DNA of 64,000 nucleotides from a virus. The stretch lies in the IMG/VR virus record IMGVR_UViG_3300031801_000798, positions 3,004 through 67,003 of that record; one strand, 5' to 3'. A program made the position numbers and the translations under genes. Below the pieces are notes generated by a model. That model was not told where the DNA came from and did no database searches. It saw nothing but the letters and a program-made list of their open reading frames with translations. Below are positions 10,688-19,318 of the stretch, piece by piece (within the stretch, counting starts at the first letter, position 1; every line of letters begins with the position of its first letter).

Positions 10688-11561
10688 ACAGTTCCTTCCA
10701 GTCTCTTATGAGGCTACTGGACCCATCTTCGGAGCAAATTTTGACTATTTTTTCTTCGACGGACATGGAGAAGTTTCCGCCTAGATATTTGTGCATGGCA
10801 GCCTGAACCGTAGTGCCATTAATGCCGTCATATCCCCTAATAAAAGCGACCTTTTCCAGTTCATTATTTATCACGCTGTTGAGAGATTCGAACAGATCTG
10901 GTTTAAGCGAGTGGCCGCTCTTGAAAACGGAATAAAATCCGTTTTTACACTTAAGAAACGAATCATCAATACATTGTAGGTCTGTTAAACCGGGTTCTAC
11001 TATGTTGGAAACATAAAAATCGATTCCGGTTCTGTCAAACATTTCGTGCGCCTTGTGTGCGATATCAAATGGTAACATGTCAGAATTATTGGATACAACA
11101 ACAATAACTGGAGGTATGCTCTGTTCTTTTATACTGATACAGGTCTTTTCTAAGTTCTTCAGAAATGACGAGACATCTTTCTCTGAAGCTTCGGATTCTA
11201 ATTTTCCATTTCCAACAATAATAATAGCGCTCCATCTAATTCTGTTTTCATTGTAGATGGATAGCTCGTGATCGGCATGGTTGTCTCCCCATTCTATATT
11301 TCTGTAACAGTTGCAGAAAGATTTTACGACATAGAATTCGTTGTCTTCATTTTCAGCTTCAATAACTTCGATATTTTTCTCTCTGAATTTTTTTATCCGA
11401 TTTAATTTGCATGATGTCTGCGTCTTGTTTTCATAAGACGCGAACACGCAGTCTTCACAAGAAGTAAAAAGTCCCTGTATGCCTGATTCCTTTGCAACGT
11501 CTTCAAAATACTTTCTTTGCTCGCCGTCTTCCTGCGTAAATGCGTCTGAAAAATCTGTCAT
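10674..11561 (-). CDS. hypothetical protein, N-terminal Cys cluster plus degenerate GT-A-like region
   Basis: CEDC..C..CNC; WSAIIIV..LEKTCISI resembles a GT2 N-terminus; coupled to both neighbours. Confidence 0.45.
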   Translation of the reverse strand: MTDFSDAFTQEDGEQRKYFEDVAKESGIQGLFTSCEDCVFASYENKTQTSCKLNRIKKFREKNIEVIEAENEDNEFYVVKSFCNCYRNIEWGDNHADHELSIYNENRIRWSAIIIVGNGKLESEASEKDVSSFLKNLEKTCISIKEQSIPPVIVVVSNNSDMLPFDIAHKAHEMFDRTGIDFYVSNIVEPGLTDLQCIDDSFLKCKNGFYSVFKSGHSLKPDLFESLNSVINNELEKVAFIRGYDGINGTTVQAAMHKYLGGNFSMSVEEKIVKICSEDGSSSLIRDWKELYEFS

Positions 11562-12067
11562 GGTCTTTCACCTTCTACTACCATTGAAAATCCATTAACC
11601 CTCTTCTTGAGAATTTTTACTCCATGAGATTCTAATTCGTTTTGCAAATCGCTCATAGACATGTGGCTCAACTTGACATCCCAAGGTTGTGTAAATTCTC
11701 CATGGATCAAGTGGTTAAATTGTTCTATATCGATTGTTCTCTGTATTAGCTGCTTGCAAACCTCGTAAGGCTCCGTCCCGTAAATAACAATCCTTCCTCC
11801 ATGTCGAAGCTTTTTTACCCAGTGTGCTATTGCAGACCTTGCTTCATCAAACACAAGATAATCCAAAACATTCTCGGCTATAATTTCCACACACTCTGAA
11901 TCCATAACCACGTCATCTAAATTGCGTACATCAGCCTTTATGCTTCCGTCAAAATTGTCTTGATGATATCTGGTTCCGACTAACTCACCACCTTCTTCGG
12001 AGATCGGGTCGATGTTCAAGTATCCGTTTTTGAATTGTGTCGCCCCAACCGTTATGCTAACTCGCAT
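11558..12067 (-). CDS. class I SAM-dependent methyltransferase-like protein (degenerate motif I)
   Basis: GYLNID, ADVRNL, ENVLDY, KLRHGGRI. Confidence 0.6.
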   Translation of the reverse strand: MRVSITVGATQFKNGYLNIDPISEEGGELVGTRYHQDNFDGSIKADVRNLDDVVMDSECVEIIAENVLDYLVFDEARSAIAHWVKKLRHGGRIVIYGTEPYEVCKQLIQRTIDIEQFNHLIHGEFTQPWDVKLSHMSMSDLQNELESHGVKILKKRVNGFSMVVEGERP

Positions 12068-12069
12068 TT

Positions 12070-13092
12070 CTATCCCCTAAAACATGCTTGAGAAGCTACA
12101 TCTAAAAATTGCTTCCAATTGTTTATGAATGTATCTTCTGAGAATTTTTCTAACACTGTTTCCCTAGCCCTCTTGCCCATTTCAATAGCAGTATCTTCAT
12201 CATTTAGCAAAAGAACTAAATACTCTCTAAGCTCATCTTCATCATTGCTGATAAATCCGTTGACGCCATTTTCTATAATTTCTGGAATCATGCAGGTTGC
12301 GGTACTAACAACAGCACACTCACAGGCCATGGCCTCTAGCAGTGATGTTGGCACTGGAGAAATTGTAGAGGTATTTAAAAAGATTCTGCTGTTGGCGTAA
12401 AAGTTAGATAGTTCTTCGATACTTTCTGCTGGTTCTGACAACCCCGGAGTGTCACCAATAACATGAAATGGAAAATTCTTAATAACCCTTTGCCATATTT
12501 CAAATCCGCAGCACCAATCTCGATTTATCCAATCGTTAACCACAGACAAAATATGATTTTCTCTCTCTTCTATTTGTTTGTCCGGTTTAAATAGCTTCGT
12601 ATCTACTCCGTGGTGTATTACAAATGTATCGTTTCTATCTTCCCATCCCCATCTACCGAGACTGTATTCAGAAATAAACAGGTTAATATTTCCACGCATC
12701 TCCCTTAAGGAGAACAGCGTATCATCCGGCCAATCAGGAACCGGAAGCGTGTGTTCTAAGCTGACTAGGGGTAGGTGCAGAGTATTTGCAATTTGTCTAG
12801 CTATTTGGTATTGTCCGAATTTATTCTGAGAAAGAACTATGTCGAAATCCAAGTGAAGGGGGATTTGTTTAGCGCCTAGACTTTCATCAAGCAGGTTGTA
12901 GTTTGGGGGTATTTTTCCGTAGTTTGTATTCCAGTTCTTTATTCCTTCGGCTCTGTATGCATAAAAATTATGACCAGTTTTTGCCAAGCTGGTTTCGTAT
13001 CGCTCATGTGTAGGAAACGTGAGTATATTCAGAGGCTCACCCTCTTTATGAGTAGCCGCTTTTGTTAGAGATGATACAGAGCTAATCGACAT
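12070..13092 (-). CDS. glycosyltransferase family 4 (GT-B)
   Basis: IHHGVDTKLF, PTSLLEAMACECAVVST, PEIIENGVNGF. Confidence 0.88.
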   Translation of the reverse strand: MSISSVSSLTKAATHKEGEPLNILTFPTHERYETSLAKTGHNFYAYRAEGIKNWNTNYGKIPPNYNLLDESLGAKQIPLHLDFDIVLSQNKFGQYQIARQIANTLHLPLVSLEHTLPVPDWPDDTLFSLREMRGNINLFISEYSLGRWGWEDRNDTFVIHHGVDTKLFKPDKQIEERENHILSVVNDWINRDWCCGFEIWQRVIKNFPFHVIGDTPGLSEPAESIEELSNFYANSRIFLNTSTISPVPTSLLEAMACECAVVSTATCMIPEIIENGVNGFISNDEDELREYLVLLLNDEDTAIEMGKRARETVLEKFSEDTFINNWKQFLDVASQACFRG

Positions 13093-14206
13093 CAAGAGCT
13101 TTCTTTATTAGGTTCCCCACGGACTCATAAGAATATTCCTCAAGCCGTTCTCTTCCTTTTTCTTGCATAGACAAGAAGGCGTCACTGGTGTGAAGGCGAT
13201 AGATGTACCTCATTGCCTGTTTTAAACCAATGGGGTCTATTGATTGCCAAGTTTCGTTGGCAGTATATAGATCGTCAAAAGTGTCCATCATTCCAAACAC
13301 AGGCTCCTCTCTGGAGTGAACCAGAACACCCTCCCCCCTATTTAGAAAATCTGCCATTCCTCCTACGTCTGTGCATATCGGAGTATTCCCGAAGCCCATT
13401 GCGTCAAAGGCTGGAATACACCAAGCTTCGCCATAGCTAGGCATAACAAAACAATTGCAAGTAGCATGAAGTCTTCTGAGGGTTTCTTCATCTAGACGAT
13501 CCGTGATTATAAGATCTTCCTTGTAGTGCTCTAAACTTGGATATAGTTTTAAACCAGTTTTAACGTTATTACACATCTCTTTTACTTCCGCAGCGCAATC
13601 ATCTGAAGAAGTATTGTATTTGCTAGTTTTAATTACTATCGAAACTGGCTCATTAATTTTAAACTCGCTGTGAAAAGCTCTAACAAAAGCAGATAAATTC
13701 TTTCTTCTGTTTAAGTCTCCGATGAAGTAAAAAACAAAATTGTTTTCTGAATCTGGTATATATATAGGTTCGTAGTCGCGTTTAAACTTAGATATATCAG
13801 ATGCGTGTGGTATGACACTTATCGGTATATTTACACCGCTTGACTTGGAGACCTCTACCATATGGTTGTTGATAACCCACGCCTCGTCCATCTGGTTGAT
13901 ACGATCAGGCCAGATAGACCACTTAAAACTATTTGTTTCCGTAGCGTATAGGGCAATATTTCTATCAAACCTTCCATTGTAGTCCATCATGTGGGGCAGG
14001 ACATGCTGGATACAAACGTCGCATCCTCTACTGCTTTTGTTTTCCAATTCTATAATGCGTTCCGGCAACTCGGGGGGGTTAGAATTTAACTTGACGGATC
14101 TCGGAACTACGTCTATTCCAACAGAGTCCATAGACAGTATGTAATCAATGGCTGCTTGAGACCAACCAGTACCATCTCTATAACATCCAATATATAATAC
14201 CTTCAT
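13082..14206 (-). CDS. glycosyltransferase family 4 (GT-B)
   Basis: RRKNL, FVMPSYGEAWCIPAFDAMGFG, TDVGG; ATG at 14206 overlaps the upstream stop. Confidence 0.85.
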   Translation of the reverse strand: MKVLYIGCYRDGTGWSQAAIDYILSMDSVGIDVVPRSVKLNSNPPELPERIIELENKSSRGCDVCIQHVLPHMMDYNGRFDRNIALYATETNSFKWSIWPDRINQMDEAWVINNHMVEVSKSSGVNIPISVIPHASDISKFKRDYEPIYIPDSENNFVFYFIGDLNRRKNLSAFVRAFHSEFKINEPVSIVIKTSKYNTSSDDCAAEVKEMCNNVKTGLKLYPSLEHYKEDLIITDRLDEETLRRLHATCNCFVMPSYGEAWCIPAFDAMGFGNTPICTDVGGMADFLNRGEGVLVHSREEPVFGMMDTFDDLYTANETWQSIDPIGLKQAMRYIYRLHTSDAFLSMQEKGRERLEEYSYESVGNLIKKALDVD

Positions 14207-15843
14207 CTTAGTAATTCTTGCCTCTTTTGCTCCCAAAAATTCCTACGAATGCATAAATCAAGAAGATAATTATAAGCAATTTCTTTGTCAAATTTTTCGA
14301 ACTGTGGTCTGGCAAACTGCATGGAGTCCTCATTAAAGTACATCCCGCCAGTGCCCTCTAGATGGAATCCGTAATTAAGATCTCGTACCATTCTCGATTC
14401 CATATACGAATTTAGCCTATCCGGCTCACCCAAAACATTCAAAATTAACCATTGAACATATTCTTTAGGGGGAAGGTCGTGGGGAACCGACGTTGAGGGA
14501 GTGTGAGTTCTTGGGGGAGATTTCCAAGTTTCTGATTCATGTCTTATTTCGATGCTATCAAAATAATTTTCCCAAACCTTAGCGGTGTTGTCCCACTGGT
14601 AGTATTTCTCAAAGTTTTTCTTTATCTTTAAGCCTACTTCATATCTTTCGTCATAGGATAAGCTGAAGAATTCCTCTATTTTTTTAGCTGCATATTCATT
14701 ATCTGGGACAGCCCTGTTGCACCCGGTTTCTAGCTCTTGGTATAAGGTTTTGACTCTCAGGGGTTCGCCTCCCAATCTTCTGATGACACTGGACATGGCA
14801 GAATAATCCACCGACATTACAGGTACGCCGCAAGCAGCAGCTTCTACTTGAGGCAGTCCAAACCCTTCACTATTAGCATACTGTAAATATAGATCAAAAG
14901 AGTTCATAATGTCAGACAGGAATTGATATGAGACTCCCTTCTGAACGCTGGCAAGTCCAGCAGAATGTCCATTACAAAACGGACATCTTGTTCTGGCATC
15001 TGAAAAATACGAGGGAAAAGCGTTTTTGCATTCTACGCATACGTATGTCAGTATGATTTTACTGGACAGACCATATTGATTAATAAGTTTCGGAATGTCC
15101 CATCCTACATCAGGGAAGCTTGTATGACAGTAAAGATAAACATCCGATCTTCCAGAAGAATCTAGAAACATTCTGAAGGTCTTGAATAAATCTGGAAATA
15201 ATTTTCTCCTCTGATTTCTCATCACTGTTCCGATAACTATCGTATCGGGATCGAATCCCATATTTTTTTTATGCTCTCTTTTATCGGAAACCGGTCTGTA
15301 GGCCGCATCAGCAGACGGGGGGGCGCATCCAAGACAATTAATCTTGCCTCTCCCCTCTTGCTCCAATACGTCCCTGCCCCATTCGGAATAATTAAACACT
15401 CCGTCAGCATTAGCATATGTAGCCAGCCACTGTTCATTCTGTGGTTCAGCATCGACGGTTGGCATTATAGCCCAATGAAAATACTTTCTAAATGGAGACC
15501 TTTCTTGATAATCTATCATCCAAAAATCCCTAATATCGAATACTATATCTGGCTGGAAGTCTAATAGCACCTGTTCAAACTTCCATTCCCCAAATTGGTT
15601 TGTACCCTTGGAGTGGTATTCGTTCAATTCTTTACTATTGTCTTTTTGCGGAGAGTTGGGATAGAACTTCCAAGATATTTCTCCAACTCTTGGATCAGTA
15701 GATTCTCCGTAGCTAGCAAACTCCGCGAGATCATATTTATCAGTTTGATAGAGGCGCTTCATGACCTCTCTGCCGTAAGTAGCATATCCTGTATTGAGAT
15801 AGCTTGCTTCGCAACATAAAAGAATTTTTTTCTTCCTATTCAT
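14203..15843 (-). CDS. glycosyltransferase family 4 (GT-B) with inserted zinc ribbon
   Basis: TGYATYG, RNQRRK, NSEGFGLPQVEAAACGVP; CVEC-x14-CPFC insertion. Confidence 0.85.
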   Translation of the reverse strand: MNRKKKILLCCEASYLNTGYATYGREVMKRLYQTDKYDLAEFASYGESTDPRVGEISWKFYPNSPQKDNSKELNEYHSKGTNQFGEWKFEQVLLDFQPDIVFDIRDFWMIDYQERSPFRKYFHWAIMPTVDAEPQNEQWLATYANADGVFNYSEWGRDVLEQEGRGKINCLGCAPPSADAAYRPVSDKREHKKNMGFDPDTIVIGTVMRNQRRKLFPDLFKTFRMFLDSSGRSDVYLYCHTSFPDVGWDIPKLINQYGLSSKIILTYVCVECKNAFPSYFSDARTRCPFCNGHSAGLASVQKGVSYQFLSDIMNSFDLYLQYANSEGFGLPQVEAAACGVPVMSVDYSAMSSVIRRLGGEPLRVKTLYQELETGCNRAVPDNEYAAKKIEEFFSLSYDERYEVGLKIKKNFEKYYQWDNTAKVWENYFDSIEIRHESETWKSPPRTHTPSTSVPHDLPPKEYVQWLILNVLGEPDRLNSYMESRMVRDLNYGFHLEGTGGMYFNEDSMQFARPQFEKFDKEIAYNYLLDLCIRRNFWEQKRQELLR

Positions 15844-16381
15844 CGCAGTGCGTTTCTCGTAACAGTTTTATTATTTGCCTGAATCTATTTTTCAGAGACC
15901 CTTTAGAGCAACCAATTTCCTCTGCAATTTCTTTGTTGGTGTGATTCTCCATTTTTCTTTTCAAGATAAGTTTCTGTTCTTCCGTCAAAAGCCCATGTTC
16001 AATTTCAAAAAGATTTTCCTTTTCCAAATAATAATGCTTAGCATCTTCAGAAAGACTAGACATAAGATCGGTACTGTATACGATCTTAACCTTTTTGTTC
16101 TTCTTTAACGTCCTGTTAGAAAAGTTGATAAGCTCGTTTTTTATACACACCGAGGCAAAGGTCGAAAATTTTGCTTTGTTCTTATCATACTTTCTTATGG
16201 ACTTTAGCAAACCTATTAATCCAACCTGTATATAGTCTTCAAGAACACCTCTGTCGTCACTTGAAAAAATCAAGGCTTGAGAAACAACCAATCCATAATG
16301 CTGTTGGATCAATTGTTCCTCAAGCTCTGATCTAGAGTTATTTAAATCATCATCTCTACCCATCTTCACCATGATCTGCAA
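15836..16381 (-). CDS. phage sigma-70 family RNA polymerase sigma factor 1
   Basis: EDYIQVGLIGLLKSIRKYD..KFSTFA (region 2), TNKEIAEEIG (region 4 HTH); true start may be 16372 or 16363. Confidence 0.85.
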   Translation of the reverse strand: MQIMVKMGRDDDLNNSRSELEEQLIQQHYGLVVSQALIFSSDDRGVLEDYIQVGLIGLLKSIRKYDKNKAKFSTFASVCIKNELINFSNRTLKKNKKVKIVYSTDLMSSLSEDAKHYYLEKENLFEIEHGLLTEEQKLILKRKMENHTNKEIAEEIGCSKGSLKNRFRQIIKLLRETHCDE

Positions 16382-16760
16382 CAGGCTCTACCTCATTGTC
16401 ATTCTTCTCGGTTTCATTTTGCTTCTTATTATAGTTAAGAATCTTGAACTCTTTTACTCTAAACTTAATTTGATATCTTTTTACACCCTCACGATCTGTC
16501 CAGTTGTTTGGTCTAGCGGATGCGTGTACAAAGATTTCGTCTCCCTTTTCACTATATTTAGCAATAGTAACCGCCCCGGTGTCCCAAGCTTCAAAGTCAA
16601 AATAACTAACGTTTTTTTTCTTTTCTCCATCCCTTTCTCTGCGATATTCTGGAACAGCAAGTGTAAAAGTAACTAAGTCTACATCGTTTCTGGTCTTGAT
16701 CAGCTGCGGATTGGCTACGAGTCTCCCAAAAAACCGGCAATCATTTGTAATGTTGTTCAT
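16356..16760 (-). CDS. ssb: single-stranded DNA-binding protein
   Basis: FFGRLVANPQL, FTLAV, FDFEAW, KGDEIFV, WTDREG; acidic tail. Confidence 0.9.
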   Translation of the reverse strand: MNNITNDCRFFGRLVANPQLIKTRNDVDLVTFTLAVPEYRRERDGEKKKNVSYFDFEAWDTGAVTIAKYSEKGDEIFVHASARPNNWTDREGVKRYQIKFRVKEFKILNYNKKQNETEKNDNEVEPVADHGEDG

Positions 16761-16799
16761 AGACTTTTCCTTTTTTCAAAAGCAACGTTTTGTAGTAAT

Positions 16800-16828
16800 A
16801 CTATACCTGTGGGGTCTTATATTTGCCA
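16800..16828 (-). promoter_or_regulatory. possible sigma70-type promoter upstream of ssb
   Basis: TGGCAA-17 nt-TATAGT on the minus strand, about 40 nt before the ssb ATG. Confidence 0.3.
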
Positions 16829-18409
16829 CACTCTTTCGACTATTAGACTGCTGTCGGATCTATATTTACCCCTTTTGGATTCACCCCCATAGATCACTAC
16901 AGTATTTCCTTCGTACAACAGATTCCTGTATTTTTCCCACTGATCAGCAAAAATGGCTACGTTGTCTAGGGGACTTGTGTGATCTTCAACACACAAAAAA
17001 GCCATATCTTTCCCTTTGTTTTGACCTTTCTTCAGAGTGTATGGGCGTACACTGTTGATTGAAACGGCTAGGGCCACGTCTTTTACTTTACCGCCGTTCA
17101 AGAAGTCTTTACATGTTGCGTTGGCAGAACTGGTATCACAAGAGTCCACCTTTGAATAGGTAATTGGAACCCCTAAGTAGTTCTGCTCAATGCCAGCAAC
17201 CCAATCTGGTGTGTCCTCTAGGGAATATGCCGGTTTTCTTGTTTGTTTTATCAAATCTTTGACTATCTCGCTTCTTTTGTCATTAAAGGTTCCGCCACCC
17301 ATTTTCTTAGTTGGTCGCAGGGATAAGAGAGCGTCTTTAAGATTGTCCCATTGGCAGTGCTGGTCGTATACCCAAAGCCTCTCTTTGTTGGTTAGCTTTG
17401 TCCAAGTGTCAAACTCATCAAGCATTTTATTTCTGCTGATCTTGTTGGCAGATAAAACCCCAACAGAAACCATCGCAATAACCGTGGAAGATCCGATCTT
17501 GTCAGAAAACCTAACTAAAAACTCATACCAGTTCCACTCTCCGATTTTTTTATCTAGCTTGTCCTCTTCCTCTTCTAATTTTTGTTTTAGTTTCTGAATT
17601 TGGTTAACCCCTATTGATTTAATGTCGGTCAAACCAAAATGGATTTTACCGTTGATGATGCAGGTATCTTCATTCATCTCTTCTATACATGGGGGCAGTA
17701 TAAATATATCATTAGTCTTGGCGTCTGATACCAATTCTCTAATTTCTCTTTGTGGATCTGGTTTGTTTTTAGCATGTCTCAAACAATGGCAATAAAATTC
17801 GACTGGATAATGCGCTTTAGCATAAGCAGACCAATAGCCACAGATAGCATAGCTAACAGCATGGGACTTATTAAAAGCATAACGACTAGACTTTTCGATC
17901 CATGAGAATATCTCTTCCGCCGCTTCTTTAGAAACAATATTTTCATTTTCAGAGCCTTTGATGAACTCTTTTTTGATTTTAGACATGAGATCAGCTTTCT
18001 TTTTGCCAATAGCTTTTCTTAAATCGTCGGCTTGTTGAAGATCAAATCCAGCAACCTTCTGAGATATTTTCATAGATTGCTCTTGATATACAAGAACTCC
18101 TTGAGTCTGATTAAGAATGGGTTCTAAAGACTCGTGAATATAAGTTACCTCTTCTTCTCCATTCTTACGGTCAACGTAATGCTGAGTCATGGACTTTCCA
18201 TCGACAATAGCTTTTAAACAACCGGGACGAAGCAGAGCAGTTAAAGCTGCCAGTTCCTCAAGATTTCTAGGACGAACACGTTTAGACCAAGACTTCCCAA
18301 GGCTGCTTTCCAATTGAAAAACACCCTTGGTTTTTCCCTGACAGATAAGCTCCCATGTTAGGCTGTCATCGTAATCAATATTGTAGACATCAAACGTATG
18401 TTTTTCCAT
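16817..18409 (-). CDS. dnaE: DNA polymerase III alpha subunit, C-terminal half (fingers, HhH, OB fold)
   Basis: GVFQLES, ALLRPG, VYQEQ, ADDLRKAIGKK, YAFNKSHAVSY, FGLTDIKSIG, MAFLCVED; ATG at 18409 preferred. Confidence 0.93.
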   Translation of the reverse strand: MEKHTFDVYNIDYDDSLTWELICQGKTKGVFQLESSLGKSWSKRVRPRNLEELAALTALLRPGCLKAIVDGKSMTQHYVDRKNGEEEVTYIHESLEPILNQTQGVLVYQEQSMKISQKVAGFDLQQADDLRKAIGKKKADLMSKIKKEFIKGSENENIVSKEAAEEIFSWIEKSSRYAFNKSHAVSYAICGYWSAYAKAHYPVEFYCHCLRHAKNKPDPQREIRELVSDAKTNDIFILPPCIEEMNEDTCIINGKIHFGLTDIKSIGVNQIQKLKQKLEEEEDKLDKKIGEWNWYEFLVRFSDKIGSSTVIAMVSVGVLSANKISRNKMLDEFDTWTKLTNKERLWVYDQHCQWDNLKDALLSLRPTKKMGGGTFNDKRSEIVKDLIKQTRKPAYSLEDTPDWVAGIEQNYLGVPITYSKVDSCDTSSANATCKDFLNGGKVKDVALAVSINSVRPYTLKKGQNKGKDMAFLCVEDHTSPLDNVAIFADQWEKYRNLLYEGNTVVIYGGESKRGKYRSDSSLIVERVWQI

Positions 18410-19076
18410 CTGCAAAAGCCTTTTCAAAATGTACTTTTTCTGCAAATTTGCGCTGCATTTTCATGAACCTAATCATAATATTAGCCGTATCTTTTATGTC
18501 TTGAAGTGCATCATGGGCATTTTCTTTAGACAGGCCAAAGTAATCTCTGAGAGAATCTAGGCTGAATCTTTTGATATCTGGATTATTTTCCAGCCAGCCC
18601 CAGACTAGATTCATTACATCGACCCTGTGAATTTTATTGAACAGCGTCTGTCTCCCCGTTTTCTTGTCAACGGGTCCATACTGTTGACACATTCTGTCGG
18701 CAATAATCAAATCAAATCCGTTTATATTATACCCGGCAGGTATGGGGGCAAAGTAGGGGGTCTTTTTCCAGTTATATTTGTTTACAAAGTTAGAGAACTT
18801 CCCCCAAACCTGTTTAGGGGATGGAGCCTTTTTAAGGTTGGCTCTAGTCTTTCTTGTAATTGCCAATGCCTCATCTTCTATGGGATCAAGACCCATTTCT
18901 ATAGCCTTGTCGTCATCCAGAATGGGCCGGATCTCGCTATTAAAATATCCTTTCGGCTGTACTGTAAGCTTTCTTCCGTGAATAGCAACCGCTGCAATTT
19001 GAGTAGGTTGGGTTTTGTGAGGATCTCTGCTTCCAGTTTCAAAGTCAAATACAATTATGTCATGTGCCGAAGGCAT
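18390..19076 (-). CDS. DEDDh 3'-5' exonuclease (DnaQ/epsilon-like)
   Basis: FDFETG (Exo I), GYNINGFD (Exo II), AHDALQD (Exo III). Confidence 0.9.
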   Translation of the reverse strand: MPSAHDIIVFDFETGSRDPHKTQPTQIAAVAIHGRKLTVQPKGYFNSEIRPILDDDKAIEMGLDPIEDEALAITRKTRANLKKAPSPKQVWGKFSNFVNKYNWKKTPYFAPIPAGYNINGFDLIIADRMCQQYGPVDKKTGRQTLFNKIHRVDVMNLVWGWLENNPDIKRFSLDSLRDYFGLSKENAHDALQDIKDTANIMIRFMKMQRKFAEKVHFEKAFADGKTYV

Positions 19077-19318
19077 TATTTGTCTCCCTTGGTTCTTAAA
19101 AGTTTATGTTTGATGTTCAAAAATTTAGATATCGCATCATTGTAATTTGAATATAGCCTACTAAATCTATATCTGCTATCTTCACAATGAACCTGATACT
19201 TAATACCTCCCCTCGTGGTACAAAAATCGTTAAGGCAACATATACTTAGAGAGTTCCACTCCTCGTATTCGCCGTCTTCCAGTTTGTTTCGAATCTTTTC
19301 CCTGTACGAAGTGCTCAT
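19076..19318 (-). CDS. hypothetical protein
   Basis: 80-aa ORF overlapping both neighbours (ATGA and TAATG overlaps). Confidence 0.7.
   Translation of the reverse strand: MSTSYREKIRNKLEDGEYEEWNSLSICCLNDFCTTRGGIKYQVHCEDSRYRFSRLYSNYNDAISKFLNIKHKLLRTKGDK

Noticed and set aside
18390-18445. Programmed frameshift fusing the exonuclease to DnaE-C
   Set aside because: It would need a +1 shift with no clear slippery site, and an ATG at 18409 with an upstream AAGG explains the overlap.
19076-19318. Split intein or homing endonuclease between the dnaE halves
   Set aside because: No intein block motifs and no HNH, GIY-YIG or LAGLIDADG signature are visible.
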